The notes under the pieces: generated by a model
What the model saw: only the letters and a program-made list of their open reading frames with translations
What the model was told of the DNA's origin: nothing
The model's database searches: none
Program-made: the position numbers and the translations under genes
Assembly: GCA_026397175.1 (NCBI GenBank)
Contig: JAPLVK010000021.1
Span: forward strand, 56,989-120,988
DNA from: Candidatus Berkelbacteria bacterium
GTDB taxonomy: Bacteria > Patescibacteriota > UBA1384 > DTJR01
Length of the DNA stretch: 64,000 nt
Direction of reading: 5' to 3'
Shown: piece by piece, positions 47,174 through 57,753 of the stretch
How positions within the stretch are numbered: position 1 is the first letter of the stretch
Layout: the number at the start of each line of letters is the position of its first letter

Positions 47174-47887
47174 GTGATTCAACCTCAATATAAAAGGATT
47201 CTACTGAAGCTTTCCGGCGAGGCCTTTATGGGAAAGCGTGAGACAGGAATTGATTTTGAAGCTGTTACGCAGTTAGCCAAAGAAATTTTAGAAGTCAAAA
47301 AACTCGGTGTTGATGTTGCGATTGTAAATGGCGCCGGAAATTTATTCAGAGGAAAATCGGGGGCTAAACATGGTATGGATCAGGCCTCGGCGGATTATAT
47401 CGGCATGGTTGCAACGGTTATGAACTCTCTGGCTTTGCAAAATGCGATCGAAAATGTTGGCGGGGAAACAAGAGTGATGTCGGCGCTTGAGATTTCAAAA
47501 GTCGCCGAACTCTATATTAGACGCCGCGCAATTAGACATATGGAAAAAGACAGAATTGTTATTTGTGCCTGCGGTACCGGCAATCCATTTTTTACAACCG
47601 ATACGGCTGGGGTATTGCGTGCCTTAGAGTTAAACTGCGAAATCATGCTCAAGGCCTCAAATGTTGATGGCGTTTACGATAGCGATCCTGACGAGAACAA
47701 GTTGGCCAAAAAATTTGAAAAAATTTCGTATCAGGACTTTGTGGAAAAAAATCTCCAAGCACTTGATCAAACTGCGGTTGCTCTGGCTCGCGAGAAGAAC
47801 TTGCCGATAGAAATTTTCAATTTTTTCGAAAACGGCAACCTCAAGAAAGTCGTTTGTGGGGAAAGAATAGGGACCCTGATACGATAG
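47174..47887 (+). CDS. pyrH: UMP kinase
   Basis: KRILLKLSGEAF…VIVNGAGNLFRG…ADYIGMVATVMNSLALQ…ICACGTGNPFFTTDTAG. Confidence 0.9.
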   Translation: MIQPQYKRILLKLSGEAFMGKRETGIDFEAVTQLAKEILEVKKLGVDVAIVNGAGNLFRGKSGAKHGMDQASADYIGMVATVMNSLALQNAIENVGGETRVMSALEISKVAELYIRRRAIRHMEKDRIVICACGTGNPFFTTDTAGVLRALELNCEIMLKASNVDGVYDSDPDENKLAKKFEKISYQDFVEKNLQALDQTAVALAREKNLPIEIFNFFENGNLKKVVCGERIGTLIR

Positions 47888-47990
47888 TTCATAAAGTTTT
47901 AAAGTTCATAAAGTTTGTAAAGTGAATACAAATGTCTGAAATTCCCTACTTTATAAACTTTCTACTTTATGAACTTTACGAACTCGATAA
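47883..47990. promoter_or_regulatory. Palindromic cluster of AACTTTAYRAACT repeat units (both orientations) upstream of the frr promoter TTGCGT-17-TAAAAT
   Basis: AGTTCATAAAGTTTTAAAGTTCATAAAGTTT … ACTTTATAAACTTTCTACTTTATGAACTTTACGAACT. Same motif family as 3496-3533 and 60778-60815. Confidence 0.55.
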
Positions 47991-48042
47991 CAGTTGCGTA
48001 AATGTCCTCTTCTAGATAAAATGAATTTGTAGGATAATTTAT

Positions 48043-48612
48043 TTGGAGTTTGATATGTATCAAAATGAAATCAAGAATCTTAAGGTAAAGTTTGATCAAG
48101 TTATCGAGAAGTTAAAAGAGGACTTTGTGTCAATTAGAACGGGTAGGGCTTCAACTGGGCTGGTTGAAAACATTATGGTTTCATACTACGGGACGATAAC
48201 ACCCCTTAAACAAATGGCTTCGCTCACAACTCCGGATGCCGCTCAAATTGTTGTTATACCTTGGGACAAAAACTCAATTGGTGACATAGAACTGGCGATT
48301 AGGAACTCTGATCTTGGATTATCTCCGGTTAATGATGGCAAATCAGTCAGAATAATTTTGCCCCAAATGACTCAAGAAAGACGCGAAGAGTTAACCAAAA
48401 ATATTTCAAGAAAAAGCGAAGAAGCCAGGGTGGCGCTAAGAAATGTGCGAGGGGATGCATGGGACAAAATCAAAAAGATGGAAAAAGATGGGCTAATAAC
48501 CGAGGATGATAGATATTCGGCCGAGGAAGAATTAAATAAAGTTATTGACGAGCATAACAAAAAAATTGGCGAAATTTTAGAGGCCAAAGAGAAAGAGATT
48601 AAGGCAATATAA
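48043..48612 (+). CDS. frr: Ribosome recycling factor
   Basis: FVSIRTGRASTGLVENIMVSYYGTITPLKQMASL…RNVRGDAWDKIKKMEKDGLITEDD. Confidence 0.9.
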   Translation: MEFDMYQNEIKNLKVKFDQVIEKLKEDFVSIRTGRASTGLVENIMVSYYGTITPLKQMASLTTPDAAQIVVIPWDKNSIGDIELAIRNSDLGLSPVNDGKSVRIILPQMTQERREELTKNISRKSEEARVALRNVRGDAWDKIKKMEKDGLITEDDRYSAEEELNKVIDEHNKKIGEILEAKEKEIKAI

Positions 48613-49664
48613 TGTTTTGGCTCACACTGCTGGCATTTTTGGTAATCTTAGGACTTTTGGTTTTTGTTCATGAACTTGGACATTTTTTGATGGCAAAAGC
48701 AAACGGTGTTAAAGTCGAAGAATTTGCTTTTGGCTTTCCGCCAAAATTAATTTGTAAAAAAAGAGGGGAAACCAAATATTGTATAAACCTGATTCCTTTT
48801 GGCGGTTATGTAAAAATGCTTGGAGAAGAGCGGGACGAACATTCAAGCCGTTCTTTTTCAAGAAAAAAGCCCAGGCAAAAATTTTTAATTATTGTGGCCG
48901 GGGTTTTGATGAATTTTATACTAGCTGGATTTTTGCTTGGAATCGGCTATATGGTCGGGATGTCGCCGATTCGTCTTAATCCGGAGCAATTAGGTGGACA
49001 GCAAAATCATCAAGTTATTGTCGCGCAGATTCAAAGCGACTCGCCCGCGCAGGTGGCCGATTTAAAATCGGGCGATATAATTTTGGGCTTTGAAACAGTT
49101 GATGCCTTTAGGGCGTTTACTGTTTCCAAATCAAATCAGGACATTACACTTTTGATAAAAAGAGATGGCGAAAATTTAGAAAAGCAAATCCATGTTTCCC
49201 AAAATAGCGTGGCTCCGATTGGCGTTGGAATTGTTGATGTGCCGAGTGTGAAGCTACCGTTTTTTAAGGCAATATATTTTGGATTTAAAGAAATGCTATT
49301 TACCACCGGCTATGTCTTTGTCATTTTACTTTCCTTTTTAAAGGGAATATTTTTTAAGGGCCAAATTGCAAACGAAGTGGCTGGCCCAATCGGGATTTTC
49401 AATATTACCGGTGAAGCCGTGAAAATGGGAATCGCATATCTTATTCAACTTGCTGCGATTTTGTCTATTAACTTGGGACTGGTCAACATCCTACCGTTTC
49501 CGGCACTAGACGGTGGAAGGGCAGTTATCATTGCCGCGGAGGGAGCCACGGGCAAGAAAGTCATCAAAACAGAAATCGAAAATTTCCTCCACATGATCGG
49601 GTTCATAATTTTGATTTTGTTTATTTTGTTCATAACATTTAGAGAAGTCATCGCGCTGCTCTAA
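48612..49664 (+). CDS. rseP: RIP metalloprotease RseP (site-2 protease) with PDZ domain
   Basis: HELGHFLMAK HExxH in TM1, PDZ segment, C-terminal LDGG motif (PFPALDGGRAV). Confidence 0.85.
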   Translation: MFWLTLLAFLVILGLLVFVHELGHFLMAKANGVKVEEFAFGFPPKLICKKRGETKYCINLIPFGGYVKMLGEERDEHSSRSFSRKKPRQKFLIIVAGVLMNFILAGFLLGIGYMVGMSPIRLNPEQLGGQQNHQVIVAQIQSDSPAQVADLKSGDIILGFETVDAFRAFTVSKSNQDITLLIKRDGENLEKQIHVSQNSVAPIGVGIVDVPSVKLPFFKAIYFGFKEMLFTTGYVFVILLSFLKGIFFKGQIANEVAGPIGIFNITGEAVKMGIAYLIQLAAILSINLGLVNILPFPALDGGRAVIIAAEGATGKKVIKTEIENFLHMIGFIILILFILFITFREVIALL

Positions 49665-49680
49665 AATAACGAAAGAGGGG

Positions 49681-50499
49681 ATGGAATATCCAATTGTCGT
49701 TGCTAACTGGAAAATGAATTTAACGCTTTCGGAGGCGCTTATTTTGAGCGGGCAAATTTTTCGTAATGTGGAAAATATTAAGCATGTTGATATTGTGCTT
49801 TGTCCGCCAGCTGTTTTTTTGTATCCGGTTATTGATGGCTTAAGAACAAAAACCAAAAACCTTTATTTTGGTTTGCAAAACGCAATGAGCGAAAAAGAAG
49901 GCGAATTTACCGGCGAAACATCATTAAATATGGTTAAAAATGTTTGCGATTTCGCGATTGTGGGCCACTCCGAAAGACGAAGGTTGTTTTTGGAAACGGA
50001 CGAGATGGTTAATAAAAAAGTTAAATTTTGTTTGCAAAATTCAGTCAAGCCGATAGTTTGTATCGGCGAGCAAGAACGGTTTCATTTGGAAGATCATTTT
50101 GACAAAGAAATCGAGAGAATGAAAAAACAAGGTGGAATTTTGACGCAAATTGATACGGCGCTTGAAGGTGTTAGCGAAAAAGACCTATCGAAGATTTGTA
50201 TTACTTATGAACCGATTTGGGCGGTGGGGACCGATAATGCCGCAAGCGGTGTTTATGCGGCGGCAATTTCTTACATCATCAAAAATCATCTAAAAGAAAA
50301 ATTTTCAGATCACGCTTCGGATATAAGGGTCCTCTATGGCGGGTCTGTTAATAGCCAAAATGTAAGGGAGTTTATGATGCAGCCGAACATTGACGGCCTG
50401 TTGGTCGGCAGAGCAAGTTTGAATTTTAAGGAATTTTGTGAGATATGTCAAATAGCATCGCAAGTCAAAAGCGGCAATACGAGCTTCAAAGATAATTAG
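49681..50499 (+). CDS. tpiA: Triosephosphate isomerase
   Basis: VVANWKMN…IVGHSERRRLF…ICIGEQE…ITYEPIWAVGT…YGGSVN. Confidence 0.9.
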   Translation: MEYPIVVANWKMNLTLSEALILSGQIFRNVENIKHVDIVLCPPAVFLYPVIDGLRTKTKNLYFGLQNAMSEKEGEFTGETSLNMVKNVCDFAIVGHSERRRLFLETDEMVNKKVKFCLQNSVKPIVCIGEQERFHLEDHFDKEIERMKKQGGILTQIDTALEGVSEKDLSKICITYEPIWAVGTDNAASGVYAAAISYIIKNHLKEKFSDHASDIRVLYGGSVNSQNVREFMMQPNIDGLLVGRASLNFKEFCEICQIASQVKSGNTSFKDN

Positions 50500-50504
50500 C
50501 CAAA

Positions 50505-51626
50505 ATGGAAAATCAATTCAAAAGGATTATGCGGCTTCCATCGCATCGTCAGCTAAAAAGAGCCGATTTTCGGGGTAAAAAAGTTCTGGTCCGTTTTGAT
50601 TTGAATGTTCCGATCGAGGGTGGAAAAATTTTAGATGACAGCAGGATTTTAGCGGCCCTGCCGACTTTGAAAAAAATAATAGAGCGAGGCGCAAAGCAGG
50701 TAAATATTATTTGTCATTTGGGTCGCCCCATTGGTCTTGATAAAAACTTTTCTACGATTTATATTGCTGATGAATTGTCTAAATTGTTTCGATCAAAAAA
50801 CAAAGCAAAAAAGATTGAAACGGACGAAAAAAGTCCGGCGCTGAAACATTATTATCAAATTACCGATAAAATCAATCTTTTTGAAAATTTAAGATTTGAT
50901 TCTCGCGAAGAAAAAAATTCTACAGAGTTTGCTAAAGAACTAGCAGGGCTCGGTGATGTTTTTGTTCAGGACGCGTTTGCCAATATTCACAGAGCCCACA
51001 CTTCGATGGTTAAGTTGCAAGAGTGTCTGCCGACATTTGCCGGATTACTTTTGGAAAAAGAAATTAATGTTTTGTTTCGGCTTTTGTCAATTGCCGAAAA
51101 GCCATTTGTTGTGATAATTGGTGGAGTGAAAATCGAGGATAAAATTCCGATCATAGAATCACTTTCTCAAAAAGCCGATGCGGTTCTGGTGGGTGGCGTA
51201 ACCGGCAACGAATGGGTCGCGCAAAATCTGCCGACAAAAGAAAATATATTTTTGCCAAATGATGGGGTTAACAAGTTTGGCGCGATTGTTCCGGTAACCA
51301 AAGAGACCGTAAAAAATGGTGTTTTTGATATCGGACCACAAACGATTTTGCTTTTTAAAGGAATTCTATCTTCCGCTAAAACCGTTTTTTGGAATGGTAA
51401 TTTGGGGATGACCGAAAACAAAAGATTTATTCATGGCACCAACGAAATCGCGAGATTTGTGGCAAAGATAAAGGCGGAAAAGGTGGCATCTGGCGGCAAT
51501 ACGGCAGATGTAATTGATGATTTGGGTTTGAGGGAAGCATTTAATTTTATTTCAACCGGCGGCGGCGCAACCTCCGATTTAATCTGCGGTAAAAAATTAC
51601 CGGCATTGGAAATGCTATTAAAATAA
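50505..51626 (+). CDS. pgk: Phosphoglycerate kinase
   Basis: KKVLVRFDLNVP…ICHLGRP…NLRFDSREEKN…VIIGGVKIEDKIP…FWNGNLGMTE…STGGGAT. Confidence 0.85.
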   Translation: MENQFKRIMRLPSHRQLKRADFRGKKVLVRFDLNVPIEGGKILDDSRILAALPTLKKIIERGAKQVNIICHLGRPIGLDKNFSTIYIADELSKLFRSKNKAKKIETDEKSPALKHYYQITDKINLFENLRFDSREEKNSTEFAKELAGLGDVFVQDAFANIHRAHTSMVKLQECLPTFAGLLLEKEINVLFRLLSIAEKPFVVIIGGVKIEDKIPIIESLSQKADAVLVGGVTGNEWVAQNLPTKENIFLPNDGVNKFGAIVPVTKETVKNGVFDIGPQTILLFKGILSSAKTVFWNGNLGMTENKRFIHGTNEIARFVAKIKAEKVASGGNTADVIDDLGLREAFNFISTGGGATSDLICGKKLPALEMLLK

Positions 51627-51669
51627 ATCTGATTGTAAAATTAAAAATTTTAAATTAAAAATTTAGTAT

Positions 51670-52506
51670 ATGGCTCTAAAGCAAATATTAAACGAGGCAT
51701 ATAGTGATAAACACGCTATTGGTGGTTTTAATTTTTTTAACTATGAATCGGCTAAAGCGATAGTGCAGGCAGCCAAAACAACAAAAAAACCGACAATTCT
51801 GATGGTTTCGGAAAAATCCGTGGATTATTATGGACTTGATAATTTAATTTTTTCCTTTAATAAAGTCAAAAAGGATTCGGAAGCACAAATATTTTTGCAT
51901 TTAGATCACGGCTCAAATTTAGAACTTATTAAAGAGTGCATAAATAGTGGATTCGACTCGGTGATGTTTGACGGGTCAAATTTGGCTCTTGATCAAAACA
52001 TTGCGCTGTCAAAAGATCTTCGAAAATTGGCGCATAAAAAAAGTGTGGTTTTTGAAGCGGAAATCGGCCATATCGGAGGCCGCGAGGACTACCAAATAAC
52101 CTCCGCTGTATTTAAAACAAATCCAGCCGAAGCATTGATGTTTTACGATCAAGTTCAACCGGACATGCTGGCGGTCGCGATCGGCAACATCCACGGACCG
52201 TTAACGGCAATCGAAGAGCTGGACTTTAGTTTGCTGGCAAAAATTCAAGACACGGTTAAGAGACCGCTGGTTTTGCACGGCTGCTCAAATCGCAAACCGC
52301 AAGAGTATCAAGTGGCGATTTCGGAAGGCGTGGTCAAAATTAATATTGATACCGAACTTCGCGAAGCGTTTGTTGATGGAATAAAAGATGCGCTTCACAA
52401 AAAGGAAAACGATCCTCGCGAAATTTTAAATTTATCAAGTTTATTTATTTCAAAACGCACTCAAGAAAAAATCGAACTCTTTGCGAAAGGGTGTTGTTCT
52501 CGATAA
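51670..52506 (+). CDS. fba: Class II fructose-bisphosphate aldolase
   Basis: AIGGFNFFNYESAKAIVQAA…LHLDHG…VMFDGS…EAEIGHIGG…VAIGNIHGP…LVLHGCS. Confidence 0.85.
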   Translation: MALKQILNEAYSDKHAIGGFNFFNYESAKAIVQAAKTTKKPTILMVSEKSVDYYGLDNLIFSFNKVKKDSEAQIFLHLDHGSNLELIKECINSGFDSVMFDGSNLALDQNIALSKDLRKLAHKKSVVFEAEIGHIGGREDYQITSAVFKTNPAEALMFYDQVQPDMLAVAIGNIHGPLTAIEELDFSLLAKIQDTVKRPLVLHGCSNRKPQEYQVAISEGVVKINIDTELREAFVDGIKDALHKKENDPREILNLSSLFISKRTQEKIELFAKGCCSR

Positions 52507-52599
52507 AGATTAGGGAATCATTATTTTATGTAATAGAGCATTTTGATTTTTAAGCTAAGATCTGATATATTCCAAAAGTAAAACCTTACAAAGGAGTTT

Positions 52600-53799
52600 A
52601 TGAAAACCGAAAAAAAGCAAATTTCTAAAAATAGAATTAAGCTGACCATAACGATTGACCCAGAACAGATGGAAAGGCATTTTGAAGAGGAGTATAATCG
52701 GCTCGCCCCATCGGTTAGTTTGCCCGGATTTAGGCCCGGTAAAGCACCAAAAGTTATGACGATTGAAGCAATCGGCCAGACGCGACTTTCACAATCGGCG
52801 TTAGAGCGCGGAGTGGACGAGGGCTACAAAGCAGCTTTAATGGAGTACAAAACATTTCCGGTTACACAGCCATCCGTTTCAATCTCTAAACATCCGTCTT
52901 TTTCGGGATCAGGCGATCAAAACCAACTGGTTTTTGAAGTTGAATTTGATATTTTACCCGAGGCCAAAATCGGCAATTACAAAAAATTGAAAGTTGATAA
53001 AATTGACCCTAAAAACCTGGAAGTCAACGACGAAGAAGTTAGCAAGATTCTCGACTATTTGCGCCGTCAATCAGCCGAATTTACACCGATTGACAGAGAA
53101 AGCAAAATTGGTGATTGGGCCGAGATTTCGTTTGAGGGCAGCATTAAGCATGTTGTTAAGGAAAAATTAACCAGCAAGAACTTTCCGATGGTTATTGGCG
53201 AGACAAAAATAATTCCCGGATTTGAAGAAAAACTTTTGGGGATGAAAAAAGGCGAAAACAATGAGTTTGAAATCAAGATTCCGAAGGACTTTACCGACAA
53301 GGAATTTGCTTCTCAAACCGTGTCGTTCAAACTGACCTTGGATGATCTAAAGGAAATGAAACTACCGGAATTAAATAACGAATTTGTGGCAAAATTCGGG
53401 CTTAAAAATATTAACGAGCTAAAAGCAAATGTCAGAAAAAGTTTGGTTGAAGAAAAAAAACAACAACAGAAACAAGTGCAAGTGGCGCAAATTTCGGAGC
53501 AACTACTCAAGATCATATCAGTTGATATTCCGCAGTCGTTGATAGAAAACGAAAAAGCCAGAATGAAATCGGCAATGCAAAACGACTTATCGCAGCGCGG
53601 GACAACGATCGAAAAATATCTTGATAATATTAAATTGACCGAAGATAAATTAGAAGAGGATCTTAAACAGCAATCAAAGAGAAATATTTTGCTCGGTGTC
53701 GCCATCGGCGAAATTGCTAGAAAAGAAAATATAGAAATGTCGGGGCCAAAATCAAGTGAAAAGGTCTTCGACTTTTTGATCGAAACAAACTCTCGCTAA
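52600..53799 (+). CDS. tig: Trigger factor
   Basis: N-terminal ribosome-binding region (LPGFRPGKAPKVMTIEAIGQ), central FKBP-like region, C-terminal helical arm. 399 aa. Confidence 0.8.
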   Translation: MKTEKKQISKNRIKLTITIDPEQMERHFEEEYNRLAPSVSLPGFRPGKAPKVMTIEAIGQTRLSQSALERGVDEGYKAALMEYKTFPVTQPSVSISKHPSFSGSGDQNQLVFEVEFDILPEAKIGNYKKLKVDKIDPKNLEVNDEEVSKILDYLRRQSAEFTPIDRESKIGDWAEISFEGSIKHVVKEKLTSKNFPMVIGETKIIPGFEEKLLGMKKGENNEFEIKIPKDFTDKEFASQTVSFKLTLDDLKEMKLPELNNEFVAKFGLKNINELKANVRKSLVEEKKQQQKQVQVAQISEQLLKIISVDIPQSLIENEKARMKSAMQNDLSQRGTTIEKYLDNIKLTEDKLEEDLKQQSKRNILLGVAIGEIARKENIEMSGPKSSEKVFDFLIETNSR

Positions 53800-54665
53800 A
53801 TCTGCAATTTTAGATCTACTAATCCGTTTTCACTAACTTTAAAAGTTCTCTCTTTTTTTGATTTAGAGACCATTTTGTAAAATCCTGGACTTGCCAGCAT
53901 GTAAATCTTTCCTTGTCGGTTAGTTTTTGTTTGAGCCAAAGGATCACCTTTTGAATTATAAAACTGAATGACTTCCCGGGACATTTTTTTATTATTTGTA
54001 GATGTCAGAGTCAATCCACTTTTTTTGCAAGAAATAAAAATCACTAAAGTTGCAATCAAACACAATGAAGCTTCAATTGTCACAGATGTTCCCCAAAAAA
54101 TGCTTGCGCAATACGAAAGTAAAATTCCTGCAAGAGCCAAGATCAACCAAATAAAATTATTCGCAATCATAAATTTTAAGACGCCAAAATTGACTCTTAT
54201 GTCTTCGATTTCTTTGGTCTCAAGGGTTAGGTCGGTTTCACTGGAACTGTTTTTAATCTCGATTTCTTTAGATAGTGCGGATTGAAATCCAAAACGATCG
54301 GCCGATAAAAAGTACTTTCCCGGTTCAACGAAAAAATCAAATTCGCCATTACGGCTTGTAAATGTATGAGAGACAATTTTTTCCGAACTGTCCGAAAGTG
54401 TTACCTTTAAATAAGCCACTGGTTTTTTGGATTGATCTTCAATAAAACCGCGAATTTTGTGATGTCCGTGCTTTTTGGTTTTTTTGAAAGTTGAAAACTT
54501 CAACCAGTTTATATAATCACTAAATTTTGATGAGATAAGAAGCAGACACGCAATTAAAACCAAAACAAAATAAATTATCAAAACGATTTTAACCGTTTCG
54601 CCTTGTTCAATTGTCCTCTGTGCCGTCTGCGTAATTGATTCAAACAAAATTCCTCCTAATATCAT
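53796..54665 (-). CDS. Hypothetical membrane protein with two carboxypeptidase-regulatory-like segments flanking TM helices
   Basis: VAYLKVTLSDSSEKIVSHTFTSRNGEFDFFVEPGKYFL and KGDPLAQTKTNRQGKIYMLASPGFYKM, plus 3-4 TM helices. Confidence 0.4.
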   Translation of the reverse strand: MILGGILFESITQTAQRTIEQGETVKIVLIIYFVLVLIACLLLISSKFSDYINWLKFSTFKKTKKHGHHKIRGFIEDQSKKPVAYLKVTLSDSSEKIVSHTFTSRNGEFDFFVEPGKYFLSADRFGFQSALSKEIEIKNSSSETDLTLETKEIEDIRVNFGVLKFMIANNFIWLILALAGILLSYCASIFWGTSVTIEASLCLIATLVIFISCKKSGLTLTSTNNKKMSREVIQFYNSKGDPLAQTKTNRQGKIYMLASPGFYKMVSKSKKERTFKVSENGLVDLKLQI

Positions 54666-54717
54666 TATAGCTTGATAGACAGTTTTTTAAAATAAAAAAA
54701 TCATAATGTGCATTATC

Positions 54718-54930
54718 CCGTTTCTGGAAATAAAATATGTCTTTTCGCTTCTAGCGGAAGCTCGCAAACTTGTCGAGAGGGTTTGCCAGAAAGAAAAGAC
54801 ATATTTTATGCTCCAGAAACAGCGTGCGGGGTAGGGAATTATTAAAACCGTAGGGGCTGCCTCGCAATTAAGCCCCTTTGGTTTTAATAATAGTCCCGCA
54901 AGCTGCAAGCTTGCAACTTGTGTAAAGCAC
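54718..54930. promoter_or_regulatory. Inverted-repeat-dense divergent promoter region upstream of clpP
   Basis: 23-nt arms CTGGAAATAAAATATGTCTTTTC / GAAAAGACATATTTTATGCTCCAG (54733-54755 and 54797-54820). Inner GCTTCTAGCGGAAGC hairpin. AGGGGCT…AGCCCCT hairpin. 12-bp palindrome TGCAAGCTTGCA (about 54903-54916). Confidence 0.5.
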
Positions 54931-54983
54931 ACTTGACTTTTTGGCTGTAAATTGATTAAATAAAGCAAATTACTGGAGATAAA

Positions 54984-55559
54984 ATGTCATATTTGATCCC
55001 TACGGTTATCGAGAAGAGTCAGTTTGGTGAGCGTGCCTACGATATTTATTCTCGGCTTTTAAAAGAGCGCATCATTTTTTTGGGTGGGCCGATTGATGAT
55101 GATGTTTCAAATATAATTATTGCTCAACTTTTATTTTTGCAATCAGAATCGAACAAAGAAGATATTAAACTGTACATCAATTCTCCCGGTGGTTCCGTTA
55201 CGGCAACTCTGGCAATTTACGATACGATGAAACATATCGCCTGCGATGTCTCGACCGTTTGTGTGGGGCAGGCGGCATCCGGCGCGGCGCTTTTGCTAAC
55301 TGGTGGTAAAAAAGGCAAAAGATTTGCGTTGCCGAATTCGCGTGTGATGATTCATCAACCGCTAGGCGGAGTCGAAGGGCAAGCGACCGATATCCAGATC
55401 CACGCCGAAGAAATTATTAAAATCAAGAGTCGGCTTAACGAAATTTTGGCCAAAGAAACCGGTAAAACCAAGAAGCAAGCCGAGGCCGATACCGAGCGCG
55501 ATCGATTTATGACCGCCGACGAAGCGAAAAAATATGGGATAATTGATAAAGTTATCTAG
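54984..55559 (+). CDS. clpP: ATP-dependent Clp protease proteolytic subunit
   Basis: [23 protein letters not shown]…[14 protein letters not shown]…RVMIHQP, the Ser-His-Asp triad context. Confidence 0.9.
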   Translation: MSYLIPTVIEKSQFGERAYDIYSRLLKERIIFLGGPIDDDVSNIIIAQLLFLQSESNKEDIKLYINSPGGSVTATLAIYDTMKHIACDVSTVCVGQAASGAALLLTGGKKGKRFALPNSRVMIHQPLGGVEGQATDIQIHAEEIIKIKSRLNEILAKETGKTKKQAEADTERDRFMTADEAKKYGIIDKVI

Positions 55560-55675
55560 TTCGTAAAGTGACATTTTGGTGTCATCCTCGAGCCGGAAGA
55601 ATTCCGACATCAGGGATCTAGATTCCCGCTTTTGCGGGAATGATAAGGAATTAATAAAGTTAATAAAGGAATAAA

Positions 55676-56644
55676 ATGAAAGTACAAGAAATATTTGACC
55701 TAGCTATTAAAGTCGGTATTGAAAATGATCCTCGCGGTACAAAAGAGGTTGCAAATTATTTAAAGTCAGTTAGAAAAGACTACAGCGAGTTACCGGAAAA
55801 AAAGAAAAAAGAATTCGACAAAGAAAAACTGACAAACCCTTACTCGGATTCCAAATTTCAAGCCGGTGATAAAAATAAAGCGGTTAAAAGGGTCATGGTT
55901 GGTATTGATATCGGCACGGGTGGAGTTTTACTCGCCAAAGAATTAGAGCGCCAAGGCAAAAAAATCGATCTCATCATTGCCCACCACCCGGTTGGCAAAG
56001 CACTGGCCGATTTGCACGAGGTCATGGATTTGCAAACTTCTGTTTATGCTAAAGGCGGTGTGCCGGAAAATATTGCCGAAGGCATTTTGCGAGAGGGAAT
56101 CGAAAGTGTTGCCAGAAGAATTGCTCCAGTTAACCATTATGAATCACCGATGACCGCCGAACTCCTTGGCATTTCGATGATTAATATTCATACTCCGGCC
56201 GACAATGCAGTTTGGAAGTTTGTGAGTGACTATATTGAAAAGAAAAACCTTAAAAGAGTTGGTGAACTAGTCGATATTCTTAAGGAAATTCCGGAATACA
56301 AGAAAGCAACCGAACTTGGCGCTGGTCCGGTAATCTTTTCGGGTAGCGAAAAGTCACGGCTTGGCAAGGTTTTGGTAAGTGGCATGACTGGCGGGACCGA
56401 TGGCAAGGCCCACGAAAAACTTTACGAGAGAATGGCACATTATGGAATCGGGACTGAAGTAGCGATGCATGTTGGCGACGAGGATCGCGACGAGGCCATC
56501 AAGCATTATATAAATATCGTTATTGCCGGACACATTGCCTCGGATTCGCTCGGTCTTAATATCATTATGGACGAACTCGAGAAAAAGGGAATCGAAATTA
56601 TTCCATGCTCTGGCTACATCAGATATTCCAGAGTCAAAAAATAA
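55676..56644 (+). CDS. Nif3-family (YqfO/DUF34) dinuclear metal-centre protein
   Basis: DLIIAHHPVGK…NIHTPADNAV… matches the Nif3 pattern. 322 aa. Confidence 0.65.
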   Translation: MKVQEIFDLAIKVGIENDPRGTKEVANYLKSVRKDYSELPEKKKKEFDKEKLTNPYSDSKFQAGDKNKAVKRVMVGIDIGTGGVLLAKELERQGKKIDLIIAHHPVGKALADLHEVMDLQTSVYAKGGVPENIAEGILREGIESVARRIAPVNHYESPMTAELLGISMINIHTPADNAVWKFVSDYIEKKNLKRVGELVDILKEIPEYKKATELGAGPVIFSGSEKSRLGKVLVSGMTGGTDGKAHEKLYERMAHYGIGTEVAMHVGDEDRDEAIKHYINIVIAGHIASDSLGLNIIMDELEKKGIEIIPCSGYIRYSRVKK

Positions 56645-56647
56645 AAT

Positions 56648-57148
56648 TTGGAGGGCACAATGGATTTTTTAGAACTAGTCAAAAAAAGGCGATCAGTCAG
56701 GGCTTATCAAAACAAGTCAATTCCCGATCGTGAATTAAGTAAAATCTTGGAGGCAGCGCGTCTCGCGCCGTCTGGCTTTAACGCGCAGGCCTATAAAATT
56801 ATCGTAATAAAAGACGAAAAATCGAGAGAAAAATTGGGCGAGCTCGCCAAGCAACCCTACATCTCCAAAGCCCCGATCATTTTGGCAGCCGTCAACACAA
56901 AATTAGACGATAAATATTCTCCGCTTGATATTGCAATTGCGCTCGATCATATAATGCTTGCCGCGGCAGAACTTGGTATTGGCACGGTTTTTGTTGGCGC
57001 TTATCATAACGAAGAAATCCGCGATTTTGTGGGCGCGCCGAATACGGCCGAAATGGTTGCCTTGATGCCGCTTGGTTATCCTGCCGACAAAGAAATTGCT
57101 AAAAAAAGAAAAGAAATATCTGAACTTATAAGTCAAGAAAAATTCTAA
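56648..57148 (+). CDS. Nitroreductase-family protein
   Basis: RRSVRAYQNKSIPDRELSKILEAARLAPSGFNAQAYKIIVIKDEKSREKL. Confidence 0.7.
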   Translation: MEGTMDFLELVKKRRSVRAYQNKSIPDRELSKILEAARLAPSGFNAQAYKIIVIKDEKSREKLGELAKQPYISKAPIILAAVNTKLDDKYSPLDIAIALDHIMLAAAELGIGTVFVGAYHNEEIRDFVGAPNTAEMVALMPLGYPADKEIAKKRKEISELISQEKF

Positions 57149-57214
57149 TCACTCTTTTTTAATCGAGTAAATCCCCTGATTTTCGAATAAATGTTATAAT
57201 TAAAAAAAGAGGTT

Positions 57215-57670
57215 TTGTTTATGAACATCGAAGAATACATGAAGGATGCGCCTTTGCAAATTGATTCGTTTGTTTCGCGCGCAAACGCCACTTTTACATT
57301 TGTGGTTTGCGCGCTTTATCTTTTTACACCCTTGAAATGGCCAATATTTCCATTGTTTCTTGATTTTTATGTGCGCGGATTTATGACGCCGGAGTACTCG
57401 CTTTTGTCGCTTTTTAATGCAAAATTGTTAAAATTTCTGCATATCGGAGGTCACAGGGTCTTTGCACCACCCAAGATTTTTGCGGCAAAAGTCGGTTTCG
57501 TTTTTTCATTTTTGGCCTTTATTTTTTATATTTCGGGCTATGATATTTTGGCAATTATCTTTATCGGTCTTTTGGCAATTTTCTCGTTTTTGGATGCATT
57601 TGTTGATTATTGCGCAGCGTGTCATTTGCACTCTTATTTTGTACAAAAGAAAATTTTTAAATCGTTTTAG
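57215..57670 (+). CDS. Hypothetical polytopic membrane protein (DUF4395-like)
   Basis: Four predicted TM helices. CAACH near the C-terminus. Confidence 0.4.
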   Translation: MFMNIEEYMKDAPLQIDSFVSRANATFTFVVCALYLFTPLKWPIFPLFLDFYVRGFMTPEYSLLSLFNAKLLKFLHIGGHRVFAPPKIFAAKVGFVFSFLAFIFYISGYDILAIIFIGLLAIFSFLDAFVDYCAACHLHSYFVQKKIFKSF

Positions 57671-57753
57671 AAATGGGCAAACTGTTGATTTTTTCTGATT
57701 TTTGTTATAGGATAATTTTGCGCTTAAGCGCTTTTTAGTTTGGGAGGATAATC

